DNA of 59,404 nt, counting the filler, from Circinaria calcarea (taxonomy: Eukaryota), in NCBI GenBank assembly GCA_051942165.1. It is 11 parts of 11 records of this genome, joined end to end, with 100 filler letters (N's around TTAATTAATTAA, not from the genome) between each part and the next. Parts side by side here need not be neighbours in the genome. Positions count along the whole stretch, not along the records: positions 21,660 to 26,969 come from JAVECS010001949.1; positions 27,070 to 32,378 come from JAVECS010001950.1; positions 32,479 to 37,787 come from JAVECS010001951.1; 8 more parts are not named here. One strand, given 5' to 3'. Below are positions 25,004 through 37,887 of the stretch, one piece after another. The stretch's first letter is position 1, and every line of letters starts with the position of its first letter. The notes beneath the pieces were generated by a model. That model saw only the letters and a list, made by a program, of their open reading frames with translations. It had not been told where the DNA came from and searched no databases. Made by a program: the position numbers and the translations under genes.

Positions 25004-26423
25004 ATGGCAGCCTACACCACCGTATCCAACGTCACTATCGGAACAGCACCCACCACGGGCAATAGCACTACGAGGTATGGATGGGTTGGTCAACCAAACC
25101 AACGGGGTTCTATCGACATCATCTGGAGTTGTGTGTCCACGCTTGTCATTTGTCTATGGACCATGCTACATCTTAATCTTCCTGCCCCGAAAGACGGACG
25201 TTGGACCATCTTCTGGCGGAGAACAAGATGGCTGCTACTCGGGATTCCTGCCCCCGAACTCTTGATGACCTTCGCCTTTGCGCAGTGGAGTTCTGCCAAA
25301 CGATCTCGAGCTGAGATGCGCAGTCTTGGCAATCCTGACAGCAAGTGGACCATGGTACACGCTTTCTATGCGGACATGGGAGGATTTTTGCTTTGCACTC
25401 CTGATGCGTGAGTCTTCACAGCCAGTTCCTGTCTCAGTCAACAGCTTGGCTTATCATGTCTCGCAAGCAATAGTGGAAGTTTCCCGATCACCGCAAGGCA
25501 GCTCAAGTATCTGATTCGAAGAGGCTATTTGAGCCTGCCGGATATCTCCAAAGAGGAGATATGGGACAAAAGTAAAGCTGACAAGGTGGCTAAAATACTG
25601 GCAATCTTACAAACGTCCTGGCTGGGGACCCAAACCTTGGCTCGTGCTATCCAAGGTCTTCCCATCACTCCCTTGGAGCTTTTTACCCTAGCGGTCGCCT
25701 TGAACTCGCTTACTACACTGTGGTTATGGCTTAACAAACCACTCGATGTCGGCTCGCCTACCGTACTGACCATTCAGACTAACGTCGCGACCATTCTTGT
25801 TCAAGCCGGCCATACCGCCAAGGAGCCATTTTGTGATACTCCGCTGGACTTTATTGAACCCGGGATCTATCAATCAAGAAGCTGGAATGAAACATTATTG
25901 CGCTGGATTGTCCATCAGGGTATTCAATCTCGTCCGATACATCGTACGCATCCTCCTTTTCTCTGTTATCAATCCTATGAAACAGCAGGTCTGGTCTAAA
26001 TGTCATTTAGGTATACCGAATGATCGTGACTGGCTACCGTTAAATCTGAGCCAAAATCTCGCTCTCGCGCTGCCAGTTTCTATTTTTGCCTCGATCCACT
26101 TCTGCGGATGGAACTTCAGCTTCCCGACATATGGCGAGCTGATATTATGGCGTGCTGCCGTCTCCGTCATCTGGTCTCTCCTGCTCGTATATGGAACCTC
26201 GGAGGTTGTCCTCTTCTGGAAATCCAAATACACAAAGACGAGCTTGGAGATCGGCGGCGCGTACAAGCGGAATTGGCCATGGTCTCTACTCTTTCACGTC
26301 CCTGCGACGGTTTACTTTTGCCTGAGGGTGTTGCTCATGATCGAGGTCGTCGTTAGTCTTCGCTCGTTGCCCGAGAAGGCGTTTGTCAATGTTCGATGGA
26401 GTGGCTTTATCCCTCATTTTTAG
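25004..26423 (+). CDS. Uncharacterised fungal multi-pass membrane protein
   Basis: GWVGQPNQRGSIDIIWSCVSTL..LHLNLP, WTMVHAFYADMGGF, IWDKSKAD, WLNKPLDV, WNFSFPTYGELILWR. Introns 25408-25473 and 25944-26010. Confidence 0.85.
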
Positions 26424-27069
26424 CTCCAACGTTTCTTCCCCCCGAGCTGTTGTTCTAGCAGATGTACACCAAGCCGCTGGTCCACGCTAAATCTACTGGA
26501 TTAATCCAATATTCTGTAGCCCAGAAACGCACGGTTCGGTCTGCCAGACCCAACGTTCTTATCAAGAATAGGGGTTTTCTACACTAAACGTGGGAACGAA
26601 CGTACCGGAGGGGGGGGTGGGGTTAACTAACCACCGTGACGCACACACGGCAGAATTTTCTATTCTGCAGTTCTATAGCCAAGGTCAATCAATACACATA
26701 GACTGGTAGTTTTACCATTACCCTAGCCAATACAGCCCCTTATTCTACCTCCCATTATTTTCACAAGTTGTAAATATCATTCATAATAACATAAAAAACA
26801 TGCTTTGGAGATGGATAGGTATAGCCATCCATCTTCCTCTTCCTTTTTCCCTGTATCAAAGAAAACTTTGCTTTGTGTTTTCATTTTCCCCTTTTTCCCC
26901 CCAATTTTTGTAGTGCATTGTCTGTTGCATTGCATCTATCTCCTAGTATATATATCCACGGGGGGGGGGNNNNNNNNNNNNNNNNNNNNNNNNNNNNNNN
27001 NNNNNNNNNNNNNTTAATTAATTAANNNNNNNNNNNNNNNNNNNNNNNNNNNNNNNNNNNNNNNNNNNN

Positions 27070-27637
27070 CGAAATGCTGGAAGCTGTCGGACGAGAATAT
27101 TTGGACACCTATTTCGAGTGCGTGAATCGATTGCTGAAGCCGGATGGAGGCATTGCCGTATTCCAGTGTATAACAATGCCGGAAACGAGGTATGAGGGAT
27201 ATGCCAAGGGCGAAGACTTTATAAGAAGATACATTTTCCCCGGTGGCCATTTACCGACCGTGAGCCAGCTCGTGAGAAGCATCGAGAAAGGCTCGCGGGG
27301 AACTTTAATAGTTGACGGTTTGCTGAACATCGGTGGCCATTACGCCAAGACTCTGAGATTATGGAGAGAAAAGTTCGAGGAAAACTTCCAAAGCAAGATA
27401 AGGCCTGCGCTGCTGGATGAGCATGAAGGGATGAGCGAAAAAGATGTGGAGCTCTTTCGGCGGAAGTGGGAAGTAAGTCTTTTTGGCTGTCAAATATGTG
27501 AGTCTGGCCAACTAACAGGCTTGTAGTACTACTTCACCTATTGTGAAGCTGGCTTCCATACCAAAACCTTGGGCGATGTAATTCTCACGGTAGGGAGGGA
27601 AGGAGCAACGGAGATGCTCGAGGGGATTCCGTTATAA
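27070..27637 (+). CDS. Cyclopropane-fatty-acyl-phospholipid synthase-like methyltransferase, 3' end
   Basis: EMLEAVG..FIRRYIFPGGHLP..GGHYAKTLRLWR..FRRKWE|YYFTYCEAGF..EGIPL*. Intron 27473-27526. Confidence 0.92.
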
Positions 27638-27817
27638 TAAGCGGGTTCTGGCAGCTCCTTAATATATACGGTGCTTATCTTCTTGGGGTATGGGCCACGC
27701 AGCGTCGAAAGCCCAACCTGTGCTCGGCATTTGGTAAAGGATAGACCATGCAAGCTTTTGACTTGTCAATGATGACAATGGCGGAGACTTCCACTCTTGA
27801 CGACTCGAATTGCCACT

Positions 27818-28804
27818 TCACTTCTTAACTTTCCTCTTCCTGTTGCCTCCCCTCGAATGGTTCTTTGCACCCTCGGGCCCAGCGTCTGCGCTTATTTTCC
27901 TCGCTCTACTCCACCTCTTGATATGCTCCTTTTCAAACCCATCCTTCTCCCTTCGAAACAGTAACATCGTAGCCCTCGCATCTTCCACACTCGAATGCTC
28001 TCCATCCTGAATATCCACACCCAGGACCTCCTTGGCTAGTCTCTTCAAACCGGGGGTTCTCCCTTTAGCCAGTTCCCGATACGGCGGATGTCTGCTTGTA
28101 TCTCTGATGTCTCTCTTGGGGTGTCCCAACATAAGCGCATCCAAATCATTCCTAAGCGCATGTCCCACCAAGATCTTCCCGTCCAGCAGCTTTACAATAT
28201 CTGCTTGAACGATTTCCAAGGGCCGTGCGGAGCGAAGCAGATGCGGCGTAATGCCGGAAACAGCGGTACGGTAGTCTGTAACCGCTTCCTTCGGGAGGAC
28301 AAAGGAGTCGTAAAGTTGTTGGCCGTGGTAGTTGACGACCGAGACGCGAGCGAGGGCCGAGTCTATATCGGGGGTGGGTCCCACACCCACCATTTCGCAG
28401 TCAATGGCGATATATTTTCCCGCCTCCACGGACGGAGAGAGTCCAGCGTTGATCGAGTCCCCCGCGTATTTTGTATCTGGTAACGAGGTAGATTTTAGGG
28501 TTGTGCCGTAGGCAGCTGCAAGGTCTTTGGCAGAAATGTCGTTGTCTTCTGCCCAGAGAGCCAGGGAGGCAGAGGGGGCGGTGTCAATGACCTTCGAGGT
28601 GCCGAAGCCCATAGCCTTGTTGGCTGGAGTGACTCTTTTTGATGGTCTCCTGAGCTTCGAGTCCGATTTGTATCGTTTGGCACCGTTGCGCTGCGGTTGG
28701 AGGATATCGTCGCTGGTTTTGCGCTTGGTGGGCTTGGACGGCTGATCTCTCTGCAGTGACTTTTGAAGCTGCTTCCAATTACTGGAAAGGTCTTTCAGCT
28801 CCAT
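27818..28804 (-). CDS. REX4: RNA exonuclease 4 (DEDDh)
   Basis: MELKDLSSNWKQLQ..YIAIDCEMVGVG..LVGHALRNDL..RDTS..HSSVEDARATM. An in-frame upstream ATG also exists at 28858. Confidence 0.95.
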   Translation of the reverse strand: MELKDLSSNWKQLQKSLQRDQPSKPTKRKTSDDILQPQRNGAKRYKSDSKLRRPSKRVTPANKAMGFGTSKVIDTAPSASLALWAEDNDISAKDLAAAYGTTLKSTSLPDTKYAGDSINAGLSPSVEAGKYIAIDCEMVGVGPTPDIDSALARVSVVNYHGQQLYDSFVLPKEAVTDYRTAVSGITPHLLRSARPLEIVQADIVKLLDGKILVGHALRNDLDALMLGHPKRDIRDTSRHPPYRELAKGRTPGLKRLAKEVLGVDIQDGEHSSVEDARATMLLFRREKDGFEKEHIKRWSRARKISADAGPEGAKNHSRGGNRKRKVKK

Positions 28805-29313
28805 GTCATAGGGTTGGTGTTTGGTGTTTGATGTTTGAAATGGTCGCTGCGACGTCATGACAATGCGCAGTGGAAAAGTTGCCTACTAGCGCGTTTAATC
28901 TTAAATATAACGGATTTCCTTTCCTTTCAGACTATTCTGACAATGTCGGACTGCAGTCCCATTATGTTTTCGCTCATGGTGTTGCCAGCGTCTTAGGAAA
29001 TTGCAGCACTTTCGGCCCCTTTCGTCCTCTGGTGATGAAGCCGCCCAGCATGTGCTTGCGGCACGTATTTGTCCCACCTGCTTTGGCCAATCAAAGCTCT
29101 TCCTAGTTGTATTGCACACCCTCTCTTGCAGCCTGATTAGATCTGCCTGACTACCTGTACCGTTACAGTGGCTCATTTCTACCTTGCCGCAAATCGTCTT
29201 TTGGCTTTAAGGTCTGCTACCAGCCTGGATGCTTTGCTTTCTCTTTTGAACTACACACTGGGTGTTGCTAGATTTATGTAATAGCAGCGTCTAAATACAG
29301 CAAATAAAGAACC

Positions 29314-31219
29314 ATGTCGCTCAATTGGAATCTACTTAATCAGTCCCAGTATCCAGGAAATGGTGATCAGGCTCTGCAGTGGGAGTCGTGGTCTGCTGCC
29401 CAGAACTTCTCTGCTGGCTATTACCCCTTTCCATATAGTCCAGGTGGAAGCTATTCTAATGCAACCGCGTGTGTCGACAACGTGGCTGGTGTCTTCTCTG
29501 ACTGGACTTCTTTCCTTGCCTGTGCTGTATATCCTAACATATCACACGACATCAGCGAGGGAGCATTTCCACATTTAGAACTCGCCTCCAAAACCAATCT
29601 CACGAACAACACGGGTCTTGCGGCTGCAATTACCTCCACATTATCTACCTGTTTGATTGCATACTGCGACAACTTACTTACTTGCAAAGCTACGAGATCC
29701 GCTTGTTCACGCGAAGCGTTAATACTCGGTACTGGCTCTATGCTTTCTGCCGCTGCCACAAACGATTGCTGGTCTACCTTGTGCTCCGAAGTTGTCGCTA
29801 GCTCAGTCAACACCGATATCATTGGCATCGGGGTGAGTGAAGGCTCATCAGTATTTAGATAGAGACATGTGACTGACGCTGTGCCTAGATTCTGATCTCG
29901 TATTTCATACAAAGTTGTATTGCAGTCTTTGGCTACTTGTCTCTTTCTTGCTTGACTCTATTTCAGCTTTATCTAGAGCTTCGAGCCAAAGGTTCCCGCC
30001 ATCTTCAAAGTCCAGGAAAGCAACAACCCAACCAAACCGCGCACAAGGCTTATGAACAATTTCAACTTTTGATAATCAGTCTCGTGGAGTTTCATAAAAC
30101 ACAGTGTTTCTTCGCAATGGCAGTGCAGATTGCAGGACTTATTGGACTCAGTTCCAACCAGTTCCCATTGAGTTCGCTGGACCAGACCGCTTTGCCTGTT
30201 ATCAGCTCTATCGCGCTCGTACCTATTGCACTCAATCTTTATACTCTACTGACGTTCAACTACGCACGAACATCTTGGTACCTTTATTGTCTTTCCTTAT
30301 GTGTGGAGGCCCTAGCGATTGCTATTTTTAGTATTCCTACCGTGTCTACTTATGGTAGTGATTCTACGGAACGTATAAAAGCATGTGGGTCTACTAGACT
30401 TTTCACATTTTGTGATCCTTTTGGAGTTCACCCTCATACGTTAGGCCTTTACGGCTCACTGGGAGAAATCTCAGCTTACATAATTATCATCTACCCACTG
30501 ATCCTGTTCCCAATGACAGCTGGTCTGACTCTGTGTCGGCCAGAAGTTGGTCACCTGCGACTGGTGAGGGTAGCCAGAAAAGCTCTCAACAGAATGGCCA
30601 CAACCATGATACACTACTTATCGTACCTCCCAGGCAAAACTTTTGCTCGGATCACGCTCGCAAATATCGCCAACGTTAGCAAACACTACTTTCCCCGCTT
30701 TTTAAGTAATACATTGTTTTGGAAGTACTTAATGCATACCTACGTACTTCTCCACCTATTTCTCAGCTTGCTGTCACAGTTTACCATATTTGCACAACTA
30801 TATTCTAGCGAGACGATTGAAACAAAATGGAATTTTGGACAAATTGTTAGTTTCACTATTTGGCTTCCCTTTATAGCAGAATATATCTACCTGCAAATAT
30901 GTGAGTCGGCCTTGCTACTAGTCGAATCATCTTCGGGAACATGCACTAAGACTTTTCCACAGACGGGATAGAGGAGGGTTCCAAGCAGCGCTTTCCAGCG
31001 CCACTGGTGCTAGTGGACCCTTCCACCAGAGTTCGGACCCAATCTGTGTCGCTAGACTCGAGTGGCCATGGAAACACCGCCGATTCTCACGAGGAAGTCA
31101 TCGAAATTTCAAGAGCTGAAGCCAGGTCAAACAACCCGGCCTCAGATAGTGACGTTGAGATGGAGAATCTGCTACAAACTCCACGCCATGCGTTTACAGC
31201 ACCACCAGGGGTTTCATGA
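29314..31219 (+). CDS. Hypothetical membrane protein with Cys-rich N-terminal region
   Basis: VNTDIIGIG|ILISY, LVEFHKTQCFFAMAVQIA, WNFGQIVSFTIWLP. Introns about 29833-29889 and 30902-30962; several hydrophobic helices. Confidence 0.75.
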
Positions 31220-32478
31220 TGATTATCTATCTAGGAAGAGCTTTTACTTCAATATAGACTGCCATCCTCTTTCAACATGGAATACTATATTTAGAATCTG
31301 GTTTTTGTTAAATAGAGAGCCAAGCATACCGTATGCTATACAGAAGTTCTGTAGTGCCCGTATTAGTACTAGCGTGGGCTGCAGAGTTTTCCCCTTGGCC
31401 TCGCACTTTGCGAACCATACACGTTACACAATATATCGACTATTGCGTACACACTGAATACCGTCTTAATGCATTGCTTAAGCCCCTCCCTGCCATACCT
31501 TTAACAGTTTTAGATCTCAATAAGAGTCTACACAATTTCTTTCGGTCTTCTGGTATGTGTTGGATTTACAAGTATAATTAAGACACGGATAATATTCAAC
31601 CAGCACACCAGACATCTGTCAAGGGCAAGGTTCTACAGTCAAGGTCATAGCCGAATTTCAAGGTGTTCACTTGAATTACAGCTAACTAGGCAGCTTCTGT
31701 ACTATATTCCAGAATACAATGCCCAAAGGGTCCTAAAAAGGAGATATTTGGCTTTCCCTATGGTTATACGTCACCATTTTTTGTGCATGTCAACAATAAT
31801 ATGGTGTCAGCAGATCATATTATCACTCACTCAACCTAATCAACTCTTCCTTGAGAGAATCAACCCGTTTCGACTACCTTGCTGCCTATTTAGAAAACCC
31901 CCTCCCCCTGTTGGCACGTCCTTGTGCACTACAAAAATCGATTTTCGAGCCCACAACTAGAAAACTCCACCACCCGTCTTTGGATCTCATCATAACCTCT
32001 TATTATAACCATCCGCTCTCCCCCTCTATCCTCTCCAACACCTCAAACCTAAACACAAAAACCCTGCTCCCAACCCATTCCATAATCAAGAAATCCAGCC
32101 CAACCCCCTTTCCATCTCCTACCGATCCCTACCACACAAGCAACTTCTCGCTCGACTCTTCTCTTCTTTCCCCCCTCGCCCACACTCCACCTTGATGAAC
32201 GCTCACTTTTCCCTCTCCAACCAGAACATCTATTGTAAAAACCCCCGCGGGCCATTAGCCCCCTCTCGAAAAACCCACGAATCTGAAAGCCCTCATTCCG
32301 ACCGCTCTCCTCCCGCCCATCCTTCTCTATTACCCAAATACCACGACTACACCGATCCACTTTTACCTTCGCCAAACCNNNNNNNNNNNNNNNNNNNNNN
32401 NNNNNNNNNNNNNNNNNNNNNNTTAATTAATTAANNNNNNNNNNNNNNNNNNNNNNNNNNNNNNNNNNNNNNNNNNNN

Positions 32479-33943
32479 ACGCTTGCACTCCCACTACGAA
32501 TCCATCCACCTTGTGCATATAAGTGATTGCCAGCGGCGGTACCCATTAGCTGTCCGCAGAAGACACTAACCATGAACGCGGTATTTACTCTATTCCGCGC
32601 TTTGGGTGCTATCGCGTATATTGCTGAGCGATTTGCTATTTGCGACGTCTGTATGCCAAGATCAATTGCAAAGGCTTCGATGACCGGCCCTGCGACCGTG
32701 AATGTGCCTGTATATGTACCAATGACAACCCCTGTAAGGCATATCAATAGGCCCAAGATAACAGAGAAGAGCGGGACAAATTTGTCAATCACGAATCTCG
32801 AATATGGTGGGCCGAAAAACATTGAACCGATCCCTATCAAAGCAAAAAGTCCGATGAGGAGACTGGAGTAATTATATGGAGGAGAAGCGAGGAGAAATGT
32901 CAAGGTTGTCCAGTAAGAGGTAAATATGCTGGAGGTAAAAAAGCCGATTATGCAGGCTTGCACCAGAATAGGGTGATGTAGGGTAATTGTAATAATACTC
33001 CAGAGCATCTTGAAATAGTTGATCCCGCCAGGGTTGGTAGAAGGGTAGTCAGGCATGAAAAGCCACAGAAGAACGAAGATCAGATATTGCAGGCCGAACG
33101 ATAACCAGTATATATTCCGCCAGCCTGTATAATCCGTAACCACTCCGGAAAGCACACGAGCAATGAGCATACCAAGAAGGAGACCGGATACGACGATGGA
33201 AAGGGCCGTAGCACGGCGATGTGCAGGCGCGAGGTCGCCAACCAAAGGAAGCATGAGTTGTGGTGTTACGGTTGTGAGAGCAGCGAGAAAGGAGAGAAAG
33301 CAAAATACGGCGAAGGAATTGGTAAGGCATAGTCCTATCCTAGTCGCCACAGCGCGAGTCAGCAATCTCTCTCAAACCAGGGGAATGCCGGGAAAGGTGT
33401 CTATGAAGCTTACCAGACGGTAGCCGTAAACCAGACTAGTAATAGCACGAAAGTCCTCCGCCTAAAGATATCTCCCAATGGACACAGGAATAACAGGCCA
33501 GTAGCATAACCTGCTTGCATCAATGTCGGCACCACGGAGACCTGCTCATAGGTGACGCCAAAGTCTTGAGCCAGCTTGTTCAAGATTGGGTGATTGTAAT
33601 ACAGATTTGCCACTGTAAAGGTAGCAGCAAATGCAAATAACAGGTTCAGTGGCATAGAAAACCCGGGAGGATTGGCCGGTTCGTAACGACATCGTCTCGG
33701 GGTGTAGGTCATGAAGGCGTGTACCTTCTGCCATGGCGACAGCGACGGTGATATCGCAGAGGTATGAGGACGTAGAGATTTCTGATCCGACGCTGTAGGG
33801 GTTGGCTCTGGAGAATTGTGATTGTGCGACACTGATGGCGAGTCCTTGGCAATGGGATCGGGAACAAGGGTCTTGGACTGACTTACGGGGGTCGACGCCC
33901 CATTGTTCTCGCTATCCATTTTCGACTCTACTGCCATTGACAT
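32479..33943 (-). CDS. MFS transporter (3' truncated)
   Basis: FAATFTVANLYYNHPIL..GLLFLCPLGDIFRRR..TVTPQLMLPLVGDLAP..ARNRVNTAFM. GTAAGC..TAG intron about 33413-33340. Confidence 0.92.
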
Positions 33944-33945
33944 TT

Positions 33946-33999
33946 TCAGTATTCTGGACGTCTTTCACAATCAAACCAGAGGTGGTAGTCGACTTCCAT
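33946..33999 (-). promoter_or_regulatory. Candidate uORF (MEVDYHLWFDCERRPEY*) directly upstream of the MFS transporter
   Basis: ATG in CCGCCATGG context. The stop codon ends 2 nt before the first in-frame MFS ATG (TGAaaATG). Confidence 0.5.
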
Positions 34000-34940
34000 G
34001 GCGGAGACTTTTAACCAGACTTCCCAAAAATCTTTTTCCTAGTCCACCATCGTAATTCCCCCATTTACGGACATCGAAGCACTGATGGACAGTATCTACA
34101 AGGGGGCCGGTTGAGAAATGACGAAATCCAACCTCGGCTTCTCCCTTCGTTATCGCCCGTTAAGTCCCATCTCGCTTAGCCCAGGAACCTAAGCAGACCA
34201 TACCCTAATCAGATAACGCTCGTGTTGGAACTTCCCCTCCGGAAAAAAATAAATAAAATAAAAAAATTACAGGTACAGGTACAGTCCGGCTGGCCATAGA
34301 GGATAATGATTGTATATCAGTGTGGCAAACTCGAGTCGGTTGGTTCTGCCTCTTAGGGCTGGCGGAGGCCATTCGATAGGGTCTGGACTTTTGCCCCGTA
34401 TTGTGCGAAGGTGATTCCGGTAGAGATTGCAAGTTGAATGGTGCAACCTTGCCATGTCAGTCTTCCTTGAGGTGACTAAGAAACCCGTACGAAAGAGCGG
34501 AGAGTTTCATTGGCCCCCTGTTGTCAAAACTCGCGATGAAATCTGTTGAAGTCCCATGGCGGTATGCAGGGTCATCTGAATCCCAAGGACGGTTACCATC
34601 TCCAAAAAAGGCCACGCCCGATTGCAACGAGCCAAGCCGCAAGCTTGGAATTGGAGATTAAACATTAGAATCGCTGAGAGTCGGAATGCATGGGAGCACA
34701 ATCCCAAACTGACCCGAGAGGAGAGAAGATCTAATCGTGATCCCTGGAAGCTGGAGAAGAGCAATTTGGTGGCATGACTCCCCCCCGACATGGGACGACG
34801 CCTTGTAGGGTCACTAGCCTTTGCTAAGACGCTGCCATTGACGCCCGAGTTGATCGGATCATTGGACCTCATCGCCGTCCGCCGTATCGAGATAGCAAAA
34901 GAAAGGCATAAAGACGCCCCGCTAGTCTGCTCGGGCGGCA

Positions 34941-35020
34941 ATTAGCCCATTAGCCCATTAGCCCATTAGCCCATTAGCCCATTAGCCCATTAGCCCATTA
35001 GCCCATTAGCCCATTAGCCC
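34941..35020. repeat. Perfect tandem array (ATTAGCCC)x10
   Basis: Ten exact 8-mers read directly from the sequence. Confidence 0.98.
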
Positions 35021-35231
35021 ACAGACGAACACGTCAACGTGCTTCTCCGCCATTCCCAAGAGCCGCACTGGGAGGAGAATTTTTTAATGTAGTAGCGGGA
35101 AGTCTCGAGAATTCACGCTCGCCCTCGAGGCTTCCCATCCAGGTCATGTGTCAGAGCCGGATCCTGTTTCCTTTCACCACCCACGACGTCGCTGGAGTCC
35201 GTGGATCTCATCTGCCTCCTCCTCCTCGGCC

Positions 35232-37456
35232 ATGGCGGGGCTCATTGCGAAAGCAGAAACCGCCCAAGACATAGCAGCCGCCTTCAACAAGTTCCTGGAC
35301 CCCGTCTCGGATTCCTCCACCGAAATCACAGGGCTGATCGCGGAGCTGTTTGCTATCAGCTCAGCGGCACGAGAACTCAGCACCATCTCTTCAGATGCCC
35401 GCTATCGGGGCCGGAAGATATTAGTGGAAGAAGATTTGCGCACAGTGTTGCTGAGCATCGAATACACCTTTAATGATATCAATCGATTGTTCGGAGGTCT
35501 GGATCGGCCGATTTACTTGACCACAAGGGAAGCCTATCGCGGCGTGTGGAATTCCATCCTCAGGCATTTCCAAGACGAGAGCACCGATCCACTCATCCAG
35601 CGGCTGGAATCGTACCGGCGGTTTCTGTTTGACCTTGCAGAAATCATACAAGGGTCGGTATACCTTGAGGAAATCATTGTCGACTCTATATACGTTCCAT
35701 CACCTGACCGGCGCACAGATACGGCGAGAGGAGAGGGACCCCGGACCTACGGTATCGCATCGAGAAACTGCTCCGAGTGCAGAATGCAAGGTTGGAGCCC
35801 GAGCGTGAAAATACCTCGCTTGGAGGTCCCAGTATGTATACATTCTGCCTTCGCTCCCAATCTGCAGCAAATCTACAGCCGGTTGCCTTCACTAACGCCA
35901 CTGGCAACATCAAAGCACCGAGACAAAGGTCTTATGAACGTATAAGAAGGCCGCTTGATCTAGATCCTGATCCCCCTATTGTGGAGGCGAGTTACAGAAG
36001 ACCCCGTCCTGAACCCCTGGTCAGAGAGCCAAGTTATAGGAGACCACGTGCCGAGTCCCCGGTCAGAGAGCCCAGTTTTGTTCGGAGACAACCTGCGCCG
36101 TCGCCGGCTGAAGATTGGAGGTACGCAAGACGACCGGCTGACGTCTCCCCGGAAGGATTAGGGTGGAGGGTGCCCGAAGGGCAGTCACCATTCTCTCCTG
36201 TGATTGATTTTGAATATGGATTCCTCTACAATCCACCTGACTCTCCAACCACCACCACAACTAATAGTACTACCACCGGCTCTACACAGTCCTCAAGTCC
36301 GAGCTCCATCTTAGAAACGCACTGGCTGCCCGCGGTTTTCAACCAGAGCCGGCCCACAACGGCCTTTAGGAATATCGGTCAAGCGTTTGTCTACACGGTC
36401 CCGCCGTCTTGGTTGTTGGTATCTGACTTGGGTTAGGTCTGCCTGTTACGGTCTTGACATGCCAGGCGCAAGCAGTAAGATTGGCCACGATTATGCCAAG
36501 ATCCTAGAACTGTGAGTGATTATCCACATGCAATAGGTGGTCTCCGAAACTGATCTTGCAGGCCATTCGAGACGGGGGAGTTGGTTGTCCGGTTATACGT
36601 TCGACCAACCGATTTGCGAGCGAGAATCCATTGCAAGAACTTGCGTAACGGGCGTCCTTCGTCGCAGAGCTCTCTTCCCATAACGTCTCTACGCATCATT
36701 CGAGCAGCCTCATGCCTTCAATTAGCACAACCGCGGTCAGATCGGACACTGAAGCTATGGGCCAATTTGCGATTTCCAAGTTATGAACGTCAGTCTCCTT
36801 TCATGTTCGCTAGAGACCGCTGAGCACCGTACTGACTAAGATGCTGCTCAAGGAATGATATTGTTTTACTGTACCTTTCTTGCCCTCAAGGCGCAAGACG
36901 AGTGCAACCCGATTCGAGAACTCGAGGATCATATACTTGCTGGAGAAGTGCTTAATTTCAGCGGGTAAATACGCACACTATTGCCTACCACAATAGACTA
37001 ACCACCATCAGTACCATCATTGACGACTGCTTCGAACATATATTACGGGTCTATAAAGATCGTGATTCTGGTGGCATTCGGTTGATAGCTACTGCTACAC
37101 GTGGACAATTAAAGAAGTAAAGCGACTCGCCAGCGTTTCGTTTCTTATGCTGATCTGAGATTGGTTAGAATGCCTGTCTGGACTGCCTTCATTACTCATC
37201 AGATCCAATCAAGCAGTTGGATGAGGCTGAGCCAACGGCGAAATGTCCATTTGAGAGAGCTGCAACGGTATATCTTCTCGAGCGAGTATATGCCTCAGTT
37301 TGGTCCAGGCGGTGAACATGAATTGAGTTTTCTCGATCCAAAAGGTTAGTCGATTCGACTGTCTTAGCTTCCTAAAGCCCGCTAGCCAACACACTTCCAC
37401 TAGATGCACAGGATTTCATGGAAGTCATTGACGAGCTTGCCGAGGGTCTCGAATAA
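35232..37456 (+). CDS. Conserved hypothetical ascomycete protein, multi-intron
   Basis: MAGLIAKAETAQDIAAAFNKF..ITGLIAELFAISSA; Pro/Arg-rich linker; C-terminal LWANLRFPSYE|RMILFYCTFLALK..MPVWTAFIT. Multiple GT-AG introns. Confidence 0.8.
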
Positions 37457-37706
37457 GCACCTGCAACCCTTTTATCGACAGAACGAGAATTACGAATTTA
37501 CGAATCTGACGAAGTCTAACGAACCTGGCTATTTGGGAAAAAATTCTTGTAGCGGGGAAAAATCTTGGCGGGTGTCTCGCATGGCGTGGCAAGATACCCA
37601 AACTCACTCTTATGTTTCATGTCTATACGCCCACTCCCTTTTGTATACGGCAATTCGATGGAGTACTGGTGGGAGGAGATGATGTACATCAGCAAACTCT
37701 ACCCCC

Positions 37707-37787
37707 CTCTGATCTCTGATCTCTGATCTCTGATCTCTGATCTCTGATCTCTGATCTCTGATCTCTGATCTCTGATCTCTGATCTCT
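37707..37787. repeat. Tandem array (CTCTGAT)x11+ running into the contig end
   Basis: Exact 7-mer repeats, truncated by the linker. Confidence 0.97.
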
Positions 37788-37887
37788 NNNNNNNNNNNNN
37801 NNNNNNNNNNNNNNNNNNNNNNNNNNNNNNNTTAATTAATTAANNNNNNNNNNNNNNNNNNNNNNNNNNNNNNNNNNNNNNNNNNNN

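Noticed and set aside
21660..27637. Secondary-metabolite cluster (MpaB-like oxygenase plus methyltransferase)
   Set aside because: The genes are on different contigs separated by a linker, and no backbone synthase is present.
34941..35020. (ATTAGCCC)n as a telomere
   Set aside because: Interstitial, flanked by unique promoter DNA, and not TTAGGG/CCCTAA.
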